DNA of 64,000 bases from Felis catus (GCF_018350175.1 NC_058368.1:155932001-155996000); one strand, 5' to 3'; shown: positions 12,841-27,043, numbered from the stretch's first letter. Notes: generated by a model not told the origin, from the letters alone. Program-made: numbers and translations.

Positions 12841-13075
12841 TCCATGCTGCCACTGAGGAAGAGGGTTGTAAGAGATTTTGAGGTGGGAGAGTGGGGCACG
12901 AGGCTTGACCAGTAATCTTGGAGTTTGGGAAATGGCAGTACAAAAGGTGATTATGCAACTCTCTTACCTGTAAATATTTAAAGGAAGGAGACTAACTGAG
13001 GGTGCCTGTGATGACAAAGAAATAAGTACTGTTGAGTTTTCCCGACAGCTAATAGACATAATGGTACATGGCTGC

Positions 13076-13532
13076 TGTATTTGTTTTCTAGGGCTACCAA
13101 TAACAAAGTACCTTGAAGGAGGTGGCTTAAACAACAACAAAATTATTGCCTTACATTTCTGGAAATTAAAATGAAAGTATAGGTAGTGTTGGTTCTTTCT
13201 GAGTGCTGGGAGGGAAATTTTGTTCCTTGCCCCTCTTCCAGAATCTGGTGGTTTGCTGGAAATCTTTGATGTCCCTTGGTTTGTAGATGCATTATCCCAA
13301 TCTCTGTCTTCTCATGGCATTCTCCCTATTTATTGTCTCTGCATCCATATTTTGCCATTGTATGGGGACACTAGTCATATTGAATTAGGGTACACCCCAA
13401 TGAACTCATTTTAGCTTGATGACGTCTCTTATGTCTCTAATGACCTTATTTCCAAATAATGTCACAGTGTGAGGTACTGGGCTTAGGACTTCATTGTATC
13501 TTTTTTGAGGGGACACAATTCAACTCATAGCA
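13076..13532 (-). mobile_element. MLT1C-like MaLR LTR
   Basis: CTAGGGCT...ACAAAGTACC...GGTGGCTTAAACAAC start and GGGGACACAATTCAACTCATAGCA end are typical of reverse MLT1A-C. Confidence 0.8.
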
Positions 13533-13999
13533 CTGTTAGAATTGTTTTGAAGAAGAGAAGCATTTCCAGTAGAATGAAAGAAAGGAAAAGCAAACCAAGG
13601 AGCAGAATGATGTTGTATGAAGTAAGCCACCAAGAGAGGATCTGCATGGGAATTCTGACATGCAGCCTGGAACATTCATTCTGTGTATCTGGGAATGGCA
13701 GTGTTGGAGTTCCTGAGTTTGGGTGAATCTCCAAAATGTACAAAAAGTACCTTCTGACAGAAAGCATCAGCTCTTGGGCATTTGTTACAGTGGGCACCAT
13801 GGTCTCTGTTTAAAATAGCTTTTTCTTCCCGTGCTTAAGCTGATGCTAATGGATTTGAAAGTAACAGAATGAGTATGGGACATAGAGAAGTAAAAGGTCG
13901 TGGAATCAAGACAAAACAGGTTTACCCTCTTCCTTCCAGTCCTATTTGTGGGCCAGGCCTGAGCTAGGAAACAGGATACTCTAAAGTGACTTACACATT

Positions 14000-15720
14000 T
14001 CTAGTTCAATACATATGGTTTGGAGCCTGGAGGTCAGTCACTTCCATCCTCACAATAAGAAAAAAGCTGAGCAAACTAAAACTAAGCAGCTCTTTCTAGA
14101 TCCATGAAAGAATGGAGGTCACCAGGAAAACTGACCACCAAATTGGAGAGACAGGCATTTAAAGAGCACAGTTTAGAGGGAGTCAGTATGAATTGGAAAA
14201 CCTAAACTGTGATTGACAATTGCTGGAGGCTCACTGTGGGCTACCTTGAGGATCTAAACTCATGGACTAGCTTGAAAGTTAAAAACTTGAAGTGGTACTG
14301 CTTGTTGTTGTTGGGGGAGGGAGGCCACCCACATTTTTGTGAGTTTTACCTTCAGGAGCCCTGTCAAGTTCTTACTGTGAAGATAGGGGAGAGAAAAAGT
14401 GACCATTTTGAAATATGCCCAGAGCTGTTTCCCTTATCAACCCTACCATTAAGGCAAACTATTTTACCTAACCAGTCTAGAGGACTGAAAATACTCAACC
14501 CCATCCCACTCCAGCCTTTGAAGTGGGGAAAGTGGACGGCATGCAGGGAACAGTAGGAGACGGCACTCAGATGAAAACACTAAGGGAGAATCAAGGAAAT
14601 GCTAGAAAACCAGAACACAAACACAATGGAAACAAATGAAATTTTTTTTTTTTTTTTTTTTTTTTTGCTCATAAGTAAACTGGACTCAGTAAGAGAAAGA
14701 ATGTAGGTTACAGATATGTCAATAGAAAGTCCTAAAACTGAAATACAAAGAGAAAAAAAAAGAATGAAAAAAAAATAGAATACCCAAAATGTGGGGAAAT
14801 GACAAAATGTGTAACATAGGCATAATGGGAATATTGGAAGAAAAAGAAAGGAGGAAAAGAAAAAAAAATGAACATTTTCTAAAATTAATGCAGACACAAA
14901 GCCACAGATCCAGGAAGCTTAGAGAACTGCAAACTATAAAAACACTAAAAAATCTACACCTGTGCGTATGTTTAAAACAGCAGAAAATCAAGAACAAGAA
15001 AATACTGAAATCAGGGGAAAAATAACCTTGCTTAAGGAGACAGAGATAAGAATTGTGTTGGACTTATCTTCAGAAACTGAAATATTTAAAGTGTTGAAAG
15101 AAAAAAAAAGCACACCAACCTAGAATTTGATATCCAGTGAAATTATTCTTAAAAGGTAGAAGAAAAGTAGACTTTTTTAGACAAATAAAAACAAAGGGAA
15201 ACTGTCACTAGTGGACATGACCTGCAAGAAATGTTACAAGAAGTTCTTCCAAGAGGCGGAAGTGTTATAGGTCAGAAACTTGGATCTACATAAAGAAACA
15301 AAGAGTTTTAGAGAAAGAATAAATCTATTTTTCTTATTCTAAGTTGATCTAGTAGATAACACTGTTCAAAATAATAACATCCAAATTTTATTCTGTAATT
15401 AGAGCTTGTGGATAAATGAAATGAATGGCAGCAATGTTATAAAGGACAGGAGGGAAGAATTGAAAATACTCTGTACTTTCACTAGCCATGAAGGGTGTAG
15501 TGTTATTTGAAAGTGGGCTTAGATAAGTTGTAAATGTGTATTGCAAACTCTAGGGCAACCACTTGAAAAAGTCATAAAAAAAAAAAAGTCTGATATACTA
15601 AGAGGGAGAGAGGAAACTGAAATCATATAAAATATTCAGTTAAAATCAGAGAAGGCAGAAAAAAGTGGAAGACAAAACATTAAAGGACAGACAGAAGCAA
15701 TGGCACAATTAATAGAAAAC
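14000..15720 (+). mobile_element. Ancient L1 (L1MC/L1MD-like) 5' UTR and ORF1 remnants
   Basis: Degenerate ORF1 end (CAACCTAGAATTTGATATCCAGTGAAATTATTC, CCTGCAAGAAATGTTACAAGAAGTTCTTC). Confidence 0.7.
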
Positions 15721-16319
15721 ATTTAAAGTGACTTTAAGATTATATTGGATTTTTAAATTACTAAAAAATGAGATATTTGGAAATATCCTAATGTGACCAG
15801 AAAAGCCATAATGCATGCCTAGCATAAAATCCAGGGTTAGGAAAAAAGATCTGACAAAGCAGGTTTAGATTATAATAGTAGGAGAAAATCTGGGTTTTTC
15901 TGCTTGTTACCCACATCCCCCAAGTGCCGTACATTCAATATATCAATTTAATCCAAATATATCTGTTACAAAAACTATAAAGTTTGAAATGTTATGTCAT
16001 GTCTGTAAAAATCACGTTTTCAAGGTTGGAGTGGTACTTCCCCATTGGGATATTGGGAGTCAGTATTATCTCTTCTCTGTACTTTTCCTCTTTTATTAAC
16101 TTCCCCTTCCAGCTTATATCTAAAGTCTGAAGTTCTCTGTTTCTGGTTCTCCACATTTACTTCTATAAACACAAAACTTAAACGCTCACTCTTCTTCATC
16201 TTCTTCATTCTAATCCTCTTATGTACTGATGTGACTGTTGGGGGCAACCTGGTTATTCCCAAATATCCTCAGAAACTTATTCTCCCTCTCCACATTCACT
16301 GAAACTTGGTATGTCGGAT

Positions 16320-16375
16320 GTTAAATGTGGTCAATGAGCTTTTAAGATAGGTTGCCACATCCTTGTAATGAGCCT

Positions 16376-16414
<39 letters not shown>

Positions 16415-16520
16415 ACATTACTGTAATAAAGCTTAGCTATGAGTACAACTATGTAATGAGTCCTGTGAGTTCTAGTTAATCTCCAAATGTTGATATGGTC
16501 TTGAAGACTCCCCCAACACA
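16320..16520 (+). mobile_element. ERV LTR 3' fragment (MER68/MER77-like) with (CA)n
   Basis: CTGTAATAAAGCTTAGCTATGAGTACAACTATG...GAGTCCTGTGAGTTC...CCCCCAACACA. Confidence 0.5.
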
Positions 16521-16529
16521 CTTAACCAT

Positions 16530-17551
16530 TCTGAAAAGACAAACAACGAACAGATCTGAAAATGACTCATTGTTGCAATCATCAGACAAGACTTTAAAAA
16601 GCTATTATAACTGTGCTTAATGACAGAGGGGAAAGTGTACTCATACAGAATGAAAATACAAGAAGTCTCAGCAGAGACATAAAAAGTATAATGAAGAGCC
16701 AAATGGAAATTCTATTACAGAAAAATAAAATAATATGAAATGTTTAAAAATCCACTGGTTGGGTTTAACAGCAGGATGGAGATTGTGAGGGAATCAATGA
16801 ACAGATAAATCAATGAACAGATAAATACGAATGTATCATACCTTACACAATACATTTCTCAGAACCAACAATAAAGAGAAGATTTGGAAAGTCAGAATAG
16901 AATGACACATTCAAATAGGGGAACAGCGATCCACATGATCACTATCTTCTCATCAGAAATAGTGGAGGCCAGAAAAGATTGAATCATCTTTCAAATGCTG
17001 AAATAAAACAGCAGTCAGTCCAAAACTCCATATCTAGTGAGATCCCTTCAAGAATGGTGAAATAAACATTTTTAGGTAAAACAAAAATAACAGACTTTAT
17101 CACAAGCAGATCTTCAAGAAATGCTAATAAAGGGGAAGTAAAACCATACGGAAATTTAGATCTTGAGGAAGCATGAGAAATAGAAAATACCTCAGTAAAT
17201 ATATTATTTTTCCTCTTAATTTCATTAAAATACATAGAACTTTAAAACAAAAATTTTAATATTGTCTGGTGAGGTTTATCATGTTGATGTAATACATATG
17301 AAAGCTGTATTAACAAAGGGCAGGATGAGGTAAGTAGTAAATGATCCTATACGCTCTATAGAAAGTTAAGAATATATGTTTTAATACTTAGAGAAACCCC
17401 TAAAAAATGCAGAGGAATATCTACAAAGCCAATAATTAAAATATGTAAGAATGTTCATAGAAGTACAGTCCCAAACTATAAACAACCTAGGTGTCCATCA
17501 CATTGGGGTGTAGCTAAACAAATTTTGATATATTCATGTTGTAGAATACTA
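16530..17551 (+). mobile_element. Ancient L1 (L1ME-like) fragments; continue after the Tigger1 at 20362
   Basis: ORF1-like TTCTCATCAGAAATAGTGGAGGCCAGAA; the 3' UTR motif GAATACTA|CTCAGCAA is split by the transposon. Confidence 0.6.
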
Positions 17552-19692
17552 TTCGCATGCCTCACTTTATTGTGCTTTGCAAATAATGCATGTTTTACAA
17601 ATAGAAGGTGTGTTGCAATCTAGCATTGAGCACGTCTATTAGCACAGTTTTTCCAACAGCATTTGCTCACTTCATATCTCTATCACATTTTGGTAATTCT
17701 AGCATTATTTTTTTAATTTTTTTCATTATTCTATCGGTTACGGTGATCTGTGATTGTTGATCTTTCATGTTACTATTGTAATTGTTTTGGGGTGCCACAA
17801 ACCATGCCCATATAAGACGGTGAGCTTAATTGATACATGTGTGTGTTCTGACTGCTCCACTAACCAGCCATTCCCCCGTTCCTCTCCCTCTCCTCAGCCC
17901 TCTGTATTCCCTGAGACACAATGGTGAAATTAGGCCAGTTAATAACCCTAAAATGGCCTTTCTTTTTAATGTTTATTTATTTATTTTGACAGCACAAGCA
18001 GGGGAGGGGCAGAGAGAGACGGAGAGAGAGAATCCCAAGCAGGCTTCACAGTGTTAGCACAGAACCCAATGTGGCACTCCATCTCACAACCTATAGATCA
18101 TGACCTGAGCTGAAATCGAGAGTTGGGTGCTTGACCAGCTGAGCCCCCCAGAAGCCCCACTTACAATGGCCGTTAAGTGTTCAAGTGAAAGGAAGAATTG
18201 CACACCTCTGACTTTAAATCAAAAACTAGAAATGATTAAGCTTAGTAAAGAAGGGTCGTTGAAAGCCAAGATAGGCTGAAAGCTAGGTCTCTTGGGTACA
18301 GCAGTTAGCCAGTTTGTGAATGCAAATGAAAAGGTCTTGAAGGAAATTAAAAGTGCCACTCCAGGGAGCACACAAATGATAACAAAGTGAAACTGCCTTC
18401 TTGCTGATAGGAGGAAATTCTAGTGGTCTCGATAGAAGATCACACCAGCCACAACATTCCCTTAAGCCAAAACCTACACCAGAGCAAAGCCCTAACTCTC
18501 CTTAATTCTATGAAGGCTGAGAGAGGTGAGGAAGTTGGCAGAAAACAAGTTGGAAGCTAGCAGAGGTTGGTTCATGAGGTTTGAGAATAGAAACCATAAC
18601 ATAAGAGAGCAAGGTGAAGCAGCAAGTGCTGATGTAGAAGCTGCAGCAATTTACCCAGAAAATCTAGCTAAGATGATTCATGGAGGTGGCTGCACTAAAC
18701 AACACATTTTCCATGTAGACAGAACAACCTTATAATGGAAGAAGATGGCATCTGGGACTTTTATAGCTAGAGAGAAGTTAGTGCCTGGCTTCAAAGCTTT
18801 CAAGGGCAGGCTGACTCCTTTATTAGGGGCTGTGCAGCTAGTGACTTTTAAGTTGAAGTCAGTGTTCATTTACTATTCTGAAAATCCTTGGGCCCTTAGG
18901 AGTTATCTTAAATCTGCTCTGTGTTCTATAAATTGAACAACAAATCCTGGATGATGGCATATCTGTTTACAACATGGTTTACTGAGTATTTTAAGTCCGC
19001 TCTTCATACCTACTATGAAAAAAAATTTCTTTCAAAATATTACTGTTCAGTGACAACTCACCTGGTCATCCAAGAATACTGCTAGAGATGTCCAACAAAA
19101 TTAATGTTTGCAACCCTACTAATACAACATCTGTTCTTTAGCCCTTGGATCAAGAACAAACATCAACTTTCAAGTGTTATTTTAAACATTGCATTCCTAA
19201 AGGCTATATCTGCCATAGGTAGGGAGTCCTCTGATATATCTGGGCAAAGTCATTTGGAAACCTAGAAAATATTCACCATCCTGGATTCCATAAAGAACAG
19301 TTGTGATTTGTGGGAAGAGGTAAAAATATCAACAAGAACAGGAGTTTGGAAGAAGTTGATTCCAGCTCTCTTGGTTGACTTTGAGGAGCTCAAAACTTTA
19401 GTGGAGGAAGTAACTGCACACGTGGTGGAAATAGAGAACTAGAATTAGAAGTGGAGCCTGGAGATATGACTGAATTATTGTAATCTCATGGTAAAACTTT
19501 AATGAATGAGAAGTTGCTTCTTAAGTATAAGCAAAGAAAGTAATTTTAGCTGGAATCTACTCTTGGTGAAGATTCTATGAAGATTGTTGAAATGATAGCA
19601 AAGGATTTAGATTATTACATGAACTTAGTTGATTAAGCAGCAGTAGGGTTTGAGAGGATTGACTCCAGTTAAAGGAAGATATATGTGTGTGT

Positions 19693-19729
<37 letters not shown>

Positions 19730-20361
19730 AATACACACACGCATATATACATACATGCATATATACCATACACACACACATAATGTTGTCAAACAACATC
19801 ACATGCTACAGAGGCAAACTTCATTGTCGTGTTCTAAGAAAGAAGACCCCACCCTTCAGCAATTATCTCCCTGGTCAGTCAGCAGCCATCAACATGGAGG
19901 TGAGACCTTCTAGCAGAGAGATTATGACACTGAAAGCTCAGATAATAGTTAGGAGGGGTACCTGGATGGCTCAGTTGGTTGAGCATCCAAGTCTTGATTT
20001 TGGCTCAGGTCGTGATCCCAAGGTCATGGAATCAAGTCCTGCATTGGGTTCTATTCTGAGCATGGAGCGTGCTTGAGATTCTCTCTCTCTCTTTCCCTCT
20101 GCCCCACTCCCCTGCTCTCACTCTTTCTGTCTCTAAAATAAAAAATTTTTAAAGATACTGGTTAGCATTTTTAGCAATAATGTATTAAGGTATGTACATA
20201 TTTTAGGCATAATGCTATTATATAATTAATAGACTACAGTGTAGTATAACTTTAATTTGCACTGGAAAACCAAAAAAATCATTTGACTCACTTTATTCTG
20301 TCATTCACTTTATTGTGATCGTCTAGAACAGAACCTGCAGTACCTCTGAGGTATATGCCTA
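17552..20361 (+). mobile_element. Near full-length Tigger1 (pogo/Tc1-mariner) DNA transposon with decayed transposase
   Basis: Degenerate TIRs (CGCATGCCTCAC... and ...GAGGTATATGCCTA) with flanking TA; transposase remnants include CENP-B-type HTH '[10 protein letters not shown]' (18526-18735) and 'RLTPLLGA' (18745-18936); contains SINECs (17960-18158 minus, 19955-20150 plus) and a TG/CA microsatellite. Confidence 0.92.
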
Positions 20362-20555
20362 TACTCAGCAACAGAAAGAAACAAGCCACTAGTAACAACA
20401 ATGAATAAATCTTAACAGTATATTTCAAAGTTTTTAAAAAGCAAAAGTTAACTTTCTAAGAATATTAAATAATATCAGCAAAAGATTGCAAATTCCAAAC
20501 ATGAGATAATATGTTTGCCAAAATAAATAACTTCCATCCTTTTTAAGAAAAAACA

Positions 20556-20768
20556 TTTTTTAACATTTATTCATTTTTGAGAAACAGAGGGACAGAGCAT
20601 GAGCAGGGGAGGAATGGAGAGAGGAAGACACAGAATCTGAAGCAGGCTTCAGGCTCTGAGCTGTCAGCACAGAGCCCAACACGGGGCTTGAACTAATGGA
20701 CCATGAGATCATGACCTGAACTGAAGTTGGATGCTTCAGGTGTCCCAGATATGCCACTCAGGCAACCC
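20556..20768 (-). mobile_element. SINEC
   Basis: Reverse SINEC; AATAACTTCCAT repeated at ~20527 and 20769. Confidence 0.92.
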
Positions 20769-21654
20769 AATAACTTCCATTCTTACAGACACTAAAAGAA
20801 GACCTTGACCTGTTACCTGACGTTATACACAAAAAATTCAAAATGTGTCATACACCTAAATGCAAATGGTAAAAACAATAAAGCTTTTAGGAGAGAACAT
20901 AATAACTTCATGTCTTTGGGATGGGCAAAAACTTAAGTTGCAAAAAGTATGAATCAGAAAAGATTAGTAAATTGGACATCACAAAATTTTTTCTTAGTGG
21001 AACCACTGTCTCATGAGTAGGGAAAAGATGATCTGGGTTCCAGTATTTTTAAAGTACCACACCTAAGATAGAGCTTCCATTCCATGAGTGGGAGCTAAGC
21101 AGAAGGTGAGAGCCCCCACCTCTTGACTGCATTTGCCAGAGATTTAGCCTCAGCACCAGGCAGGATGACAAATGTTGAAATCCTGCTCTTCTCAGGAAGA
21201 AAGTCTTCAGATTGGGAGGGTCCGGGTCTTTGCTGCAGCCTTCTGAGATGGAGTCTCTGCCTCACTGGGAACAGTTAAGAAAGGGGTGGTTTTGGTTCAG
21301 ATACCACATACTATAGCTTTTCCTACCAAATTTTCACGGGTTTTTCTGGAATAGATAATTTTTTTATTTGATGTTTGTACATGGGCCATTTCCAGAGCCC
21401 TTAAATGCATTTTATTTGTTTTTGAACTTTTCTTTGGGGGAGTGTATCTGAAGTTTTATCCAGCTGTATGCTGGAAGAAAGTGTCAGGTGTGCAGTTTGG
21501 GCCAGCTTGAATCTCTCTTCATTTCTGGTCTGTTACTTTTACTTTTGACCCCAGCTCTGGTATTCTGGTTTTTTATTTGTTATATTCCACTTATCAATAC
21601 TACCTGGTTAGGTTAGAGGTAGCGTGTTGAAGTCTGGGCTTTGCTGTGCATCTC

Positions 21655-24600
21655 TTTTTTTAAATTGACATATAAATGACATAGAACATCATTTTAGTTT
21701 CAGGTGCACAACATAATTTGATATTTGTATATACTGAGATGATTACCACAAAAAGTCTAGTTAACATCCTTCACCATACATAGTTAATTTTTTTCTTGTG
21801 ATGAGAATTTTTAAGATTTACTCTCAGCAACTTACAGTATGAAGTACAATATTTTTATATATAGTCATCAATTGTACATTACAACCCCATGTCTTATTTT
21901 ATAACTTGATGCTTGTGCCTCCTGAGCCCCTTCACCCATTTTGCCCATCCGGTCCCATTTCTACAATCACCAATTGTTTTCTGTATCCAGGAGCTTGTGT
22001 ATTGTTTCTTTGGTTTTGGTTTGGATTCCACATAAAAGTGATATACAGTATTTGTGTGTTTCTCCATCTGAGAAAAAGATCATCCATGTTGTCACAAATG
22101 ACACAATTTCACTCCTTTTTTGGCTGAATAATATTCCTGTGTGTGTGCGTGTGTGTGCGCACACATGCATGCATTTTCTTCATCTATTAATCATTGGACA
22201 CTTAAAGATTGTTTCAATGTCTTGGCTATTGTAAATAATGCTGGAATGAATATAGGACTCAATTTTTTGCTGTTGTTAGTGCTTTAATTTTCCTCAGATA
22301 AATATCCAGAAGTGGAATTGCTGGATCTTATGGTATTCCTATTTTTAATCACTTGAAGAAATTCCATACTGTTTTCCATAGTAGCAGCACCAATTTACAT
22401 TCCCACCAACAGTGCATAGGGGTTCCCTTTTCTCGACACCCTCACCAATACTTGTTGTTTCTGGTCTGTTAAAACTTTTGATAATGGGCATTCTAACAGG
22501 TGTGATGTTATCTGTCATTGTGATTTTGATTTGCATTTTCCTGATGATTACTGATGTTGAGCATCTTTTCACATATTTCTTAGCAATCTGTTTGTTTTTG
22601 GAAAACTATTCAGATTTTCCGTTTTTCACCGAAAAATTTTCTGCTATTGAGTTGTATGAGTTTTAAAATATTGTGGATATTAGCCCCTTATCAGATATGT
22701 AATATGCAAATATTATCAACCATTCAGTAGGTTGCGTTTTCATTTTGATGGTTTCCTTTGCTTTGCAGAAGCTTTTTAGTTTGATGTAGTCTCACTTGTT
22801 TATTTTTTACTTTGTTGCCTTTACTTCTGGTGCCAAATTTAAAAAATCATTACAAAGACATGTCAAGGAACTGACCACCTGTATTTTCTATTAGACGTTT
22901 TATGGTTTGGGTCTTACATAAGGCTTTAATCCATTTTGAGTTGATTCTTGTTTACAGTATAAGGAGTCCAGTTTTGCTCTGGCATGTGACTGTCCAGTTT
23001 TCCTATCACCATTTATTGAAGAGACTGTCTATTTCCCATTGTATATTGTTGGCTTCTTTGTTATAAACTAATGAGGCACATAAACACGGGGTTCTTTCTG
23101 TCCTCTCTAATCTGTTCTATTGGTTTTTGTGTCTCTTCTATTGCCAATACCATACTGTTTGTTGTTGTTGTTGTTGTTTGGGGGTGGGGGGGAAGTGCAT
23201 GTGCGCATTTCAGTGGGTGAGAGGGAAAGGGAGAGAATCTTTAGCAGGCTCTATGCCCAGCACGGAGCCCAGTGCAGAGCTGGATCTCACAACCCTGAGT
23301 TTAAGACCTGAGCCAAAATCAAGAGTTGGACACTTAACTGATTAAGCCACCCAAGCATCCCAATACCATACTGTTTTGATAACTATAGCTTTGTGATAGA
23401 ATTTGAAATGAGGAAATATACCTCCAGGTTTGTTGTTCTTTCTCAAGATTGCTTTTGATATTCAGGGTATTTTATAGTTCTATTCAAATTATTCATTTTT
23501 TTATGAAAATAATCAGTACTTTGATAAGGATTACATTGATTCCGTAGCTTGCTGTGGGTGTTATGGACATTTTAACAATGTTGTTTCTTCCAATCCATTA
23601 ACACAAAATATCTTTTCATTTATTTGTGTCTTTTATTTTATTAATGGCTTAGAGTTTTGAGTGCACAGATCTTGTAGTTCTCTGGCTAAATTTATTTTTA
23701 GGTATTTTACTATTTTTGATGGGATCAAAAATGGGTTTATTTTCTTAATTTCTCTTTCTGATAGTTAATTATTGTATAAAAATTAAACAGATTTTTGCAT
23801 ATTGATTTTGTGTCCTGCAACTTTACTGAATTTGTTGATTAATTCAAAAAGTTTTTTGGTACTCTTTAGGATTTTTGTATATAACATTATGTCATCTGCA
23901 GATAGTGATAGTTTTACTTCCTTTCTGATTTGAATGGCTTTTTTTTTCTCTTGCCTAATTTCTGTAGTTAGGACTTGCAATTCTATGCTAAATAAAAGTG
24001 GCAGGAGTTGCATCATTGTCATATTCCTGATTTCGGAAGAAAAGCTTTGAGCTTTTCACCATTGAGTATGATGTTTGTGGTGGGCTTGTCATATATGCCC
24101 TTTGTTATGTTGAGGTAAATTCCCTCAGATTTTATCACAAATTGATGTTGAATTTTGTCAAATGCTTTTTTCTGTAACTATTTAAATCATGATTTTTATG
24201 CTTCATTTTGTTAATGTGGAATATCACATTGATTTATTTGCAGATGTTAAACCTTCCTTGCATCCCTGGAATAAACCGCACTGGATCATGGTGTATGATC
24301 CTGCTAATGTATTGTTGAATTCAGTTTGCTAATATTTTATTGACATTTTTTGCTACTATGCTCATCAGAGAATTTAGATTGTAATTTTTTGTGGCATCCT
24401 TCTCTGATTATGGTATCAGGGTAATACTGGCCGTATAAAATGAATTTGGAAGTGTTTCCTCTTCTATTTTTTTGGAAGAGCTTGAGAAGGATTGGTAATA
24501 ATTATTCTTTGAAGGATTGTAGAATTCACCAGGTAGTCAGTCTGGTCCTGGACTTTGTTTATTGGAAGGTTTTTGATTATTGAGTCAATCACCTTACTAG

Positions 24601-25786
24601 TAATTGGTCTGTTCCCATTTTCTATTTCTTTGTGAATCATCCTTAGTAATTTTTTCTTCTTGTTTTGTTTTTTTAAGACATTTATCCATTTCTTTTAGAT
24701 TGCCAAATCTTTTCATGAGTAATTTTTCATAGTAGTCTCTTACGAGATCCTTTGTATTTGCGTGATGTCTGTTTTAATGTCTCCTTTTTCATTTCTGATG
24801 TGTTTATTGACTCCTCTCTTTTTCTTTTCTTTTTTTTTTTTTTAATGTTGATTCATTTTTGAGAGAGACAGAGTGTGAGGGGTGTAGGGGCAAAGAGAGA
24901 GAGGGAGACATAATCCAAAGCAAGAGTCCTCTCTTTTTCTTTTCTGTGATCCAGGAACACAACTCACCCCACCCACCTCCAAAGTCAGGCAATGAAAGAG
25001 CATCCCTTTGGTGGCAGTCATAAAAATTGGGGCACCAAACAGGTGTAAAAGTTCCCCTCTGGGAGATAGTATGCAAAGGGAGAGTGTGTAGATGGCACAC
25101 ATTGGCTAGAGCAAGGCTGAGGATTTGTAAAGGTGTGGGACCCATGGAAAGAAAACAAAAAGGTGCCCACAGATTGGAGAGAAACATGGTGCGGTGTAAT
25201 GATGGTGCCCACTTTGGGGATGGGGGAATGCCTACGCTTTTGAACAACTCACAAGTACAATGCATTGCGCTGTATTTTTATTAACAAATGAGATTCTTTA
25301 CCATAAAGTCTGGTCAGGATCAGCTGCTTCTGAGCTGTGTGGAGCAGGTTAAGTGTTGAGTGTGTGAGTCTGTTAAGACTCTTTTCTCAGATCACTGTAG
25401 ACTTGTGGGTCTTGTATATGCAAGCCCGGTTGTTTTCCAAAGCCAGATGTTTTGGCTCATCTCTTAGCTGCAGGTCTTAAAAGTTGAAGTGCCCTATTTG
25501 AGGTTCAAACCCTTCACTCCTTAGGAAGAAACTGTGGTTTTTGAGTTCCCTCTTGACTGTGTGTTATCAAGCCGGGGGTAGGTTTTATGGTGAGCATGTG
25601 TTTCAGTCTTTCCTACCCACTTTGATGTGGTGTTTTTCTCATTTGCCTGATGTGTAGTTGTTTCTTAGTTAGTTTTTAGGGTTTTATTCCAAAGGAAATT
25701 GTTCCATATGTAGCTGTAGATTCAGTGTGTCATGGGAGGAGGTGAGTTCAGGATCTTTTTACACGGCCATCTTGACTAGAACCTCA
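21655..25786 (-). mobile_element. Old carnivore L1 (L1MA9/L1_Carn-like) with both termini but a large internal deletion; SINEC at ~23160-23361
   Basis: Poly-T 3' end at ~21655; ORF2 remnants ([10 protein letters not shown], 23783-24022); 5' end GAGGTTCTAGTCAAGATGGCCG on minus; CTGTGCAT at both flanks (21644 and 25787). Confidence 0.8.
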
Positions 25787-26065
25787 CTGTGCATTTTCAT
25801 TTAAAATCTGAGTCAGTTTTTTCATATTTCTATAACTCATTTTCTTATCTCAAGTGGGAGTCTCAATAAAATTCTAAACAGGGGCTTAGAAAGAATTTAA
25901 TTGGCTATTTTATATATATTGTCTTGCAAAAAGCCTGGTTTACTGTAGCTGCTTGATAAGTGGCAGTAAATATTAAGTCCTGGCTCTTTATCTGTAGCCC
26001 ATCTCTACTTCCACTTCTCAACATGGTTACCCTCATAAAGGATATTCAGTGCCTAAATTCCAATT

Positions 26066-26812
26066 TGTGGTGGATAGACTGCAGAGTGACTCCCATCCAT
26101 CAAACTCACTTTCTGGTATTCATGCTGTTGTGTGTTCCCTTCCCCCAAGCATGGGCAGGAAGAGTGTTTTGCTTTTGACCATTAGAATTTGTTAAAGGTG
26201 ATAGAATGTGCATAGTTGCATGTGTTTGATTACATTACATAGAGTTGTAACATTGATCTTTTTTTTAATGTTTATTCTTGAGAGAGAGAGAAAGAGAGAA
26301 TGAGAATGAGCAAGGGAGGGGCAGAGCGAGGGGGAGACACAGAATCTGAAGCAGGCTCCAGGCTGAGCTGTCAGCACAGAGCCCGACATGGGGCTCGAAC
26401 CCACAAACCACAAGATCATGACCTGAGGTGAAGTCAGATGCTTAACCAACTTAGCCACCCAGGTGCCCCAATAGCATTCATCTTTCAAGGAGATTCTTTT
26501 CCCCTTGTTGACTCTGAGGAAGAAGGAGGCCATTATGGGAAGACACACATGGCAAGTAACTGAGGTCCTTAGTCTGATAGTCTGCAGGCTAATGAATGTT
26601 GTCAACAACCATATGAGCTTTGAAGTGGATCCTTCCCCGATTGAGCCTCAGATGAGACCACAACCCTGGCTTATACTTTCATTGCAACTGTGTTATATCC
26701 TAAACCATGCCCAGGCACAAAAGAGTTGACACAAGAGACTGTGAGATAATGTATATTATTTTAAGCTGCCAAATTATGTCAGTAATTTTGTACAGTAATT
26801 GGTAAGTAATAC
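26066..26812 (+). mobile_element. MLT1 LTR interrupted by a SINEC (26259-26470 minus)
   Basis: AACAACCATATGAGCTTTGAAGTGGATCCTTCCCC...GAGCCTCAGATGAGACC...TGAGATAAT...TAATACA. Confidence 0.75.
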
Positions 26813-26819
26813 AGGTCTT

Positions 26820-27043
26820 TTTTTCTATTTTTTTTAACTTAAAAAAAATTTTAATGTTTATTTTTGAGAGAGAGTGTGAGTGGGGGAGGGGCAGAGAGAA
26901 AGGGAGACAGAATCCGGAGCAGCCTCCAGGCTCTGAGCAAGCTGTCAGCACAGAGCCTGACGTGGGGCTTGAACTCACAAACTGCGAGATCATGACCTGA
27001 GCTGAAGTCAGACACTTAACCAACTGAGCCACCCAAGTGCCCC
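26820..27043 (-). mobile_element. SINEC
   Basis: Reverse SINEC ending GAGCCACCCAAGTGCCCC; TAATAYAGGTCTTT on both flanks. Confidence 0.92.

Noticed and set aside
16792..16826. Short direct repeat AATCAATGAACAGATA x2 (similar micro-duplications at ~9280 and ~37970)
   Set aside because: Simple slippage duplications; no spacer-repeat architecture
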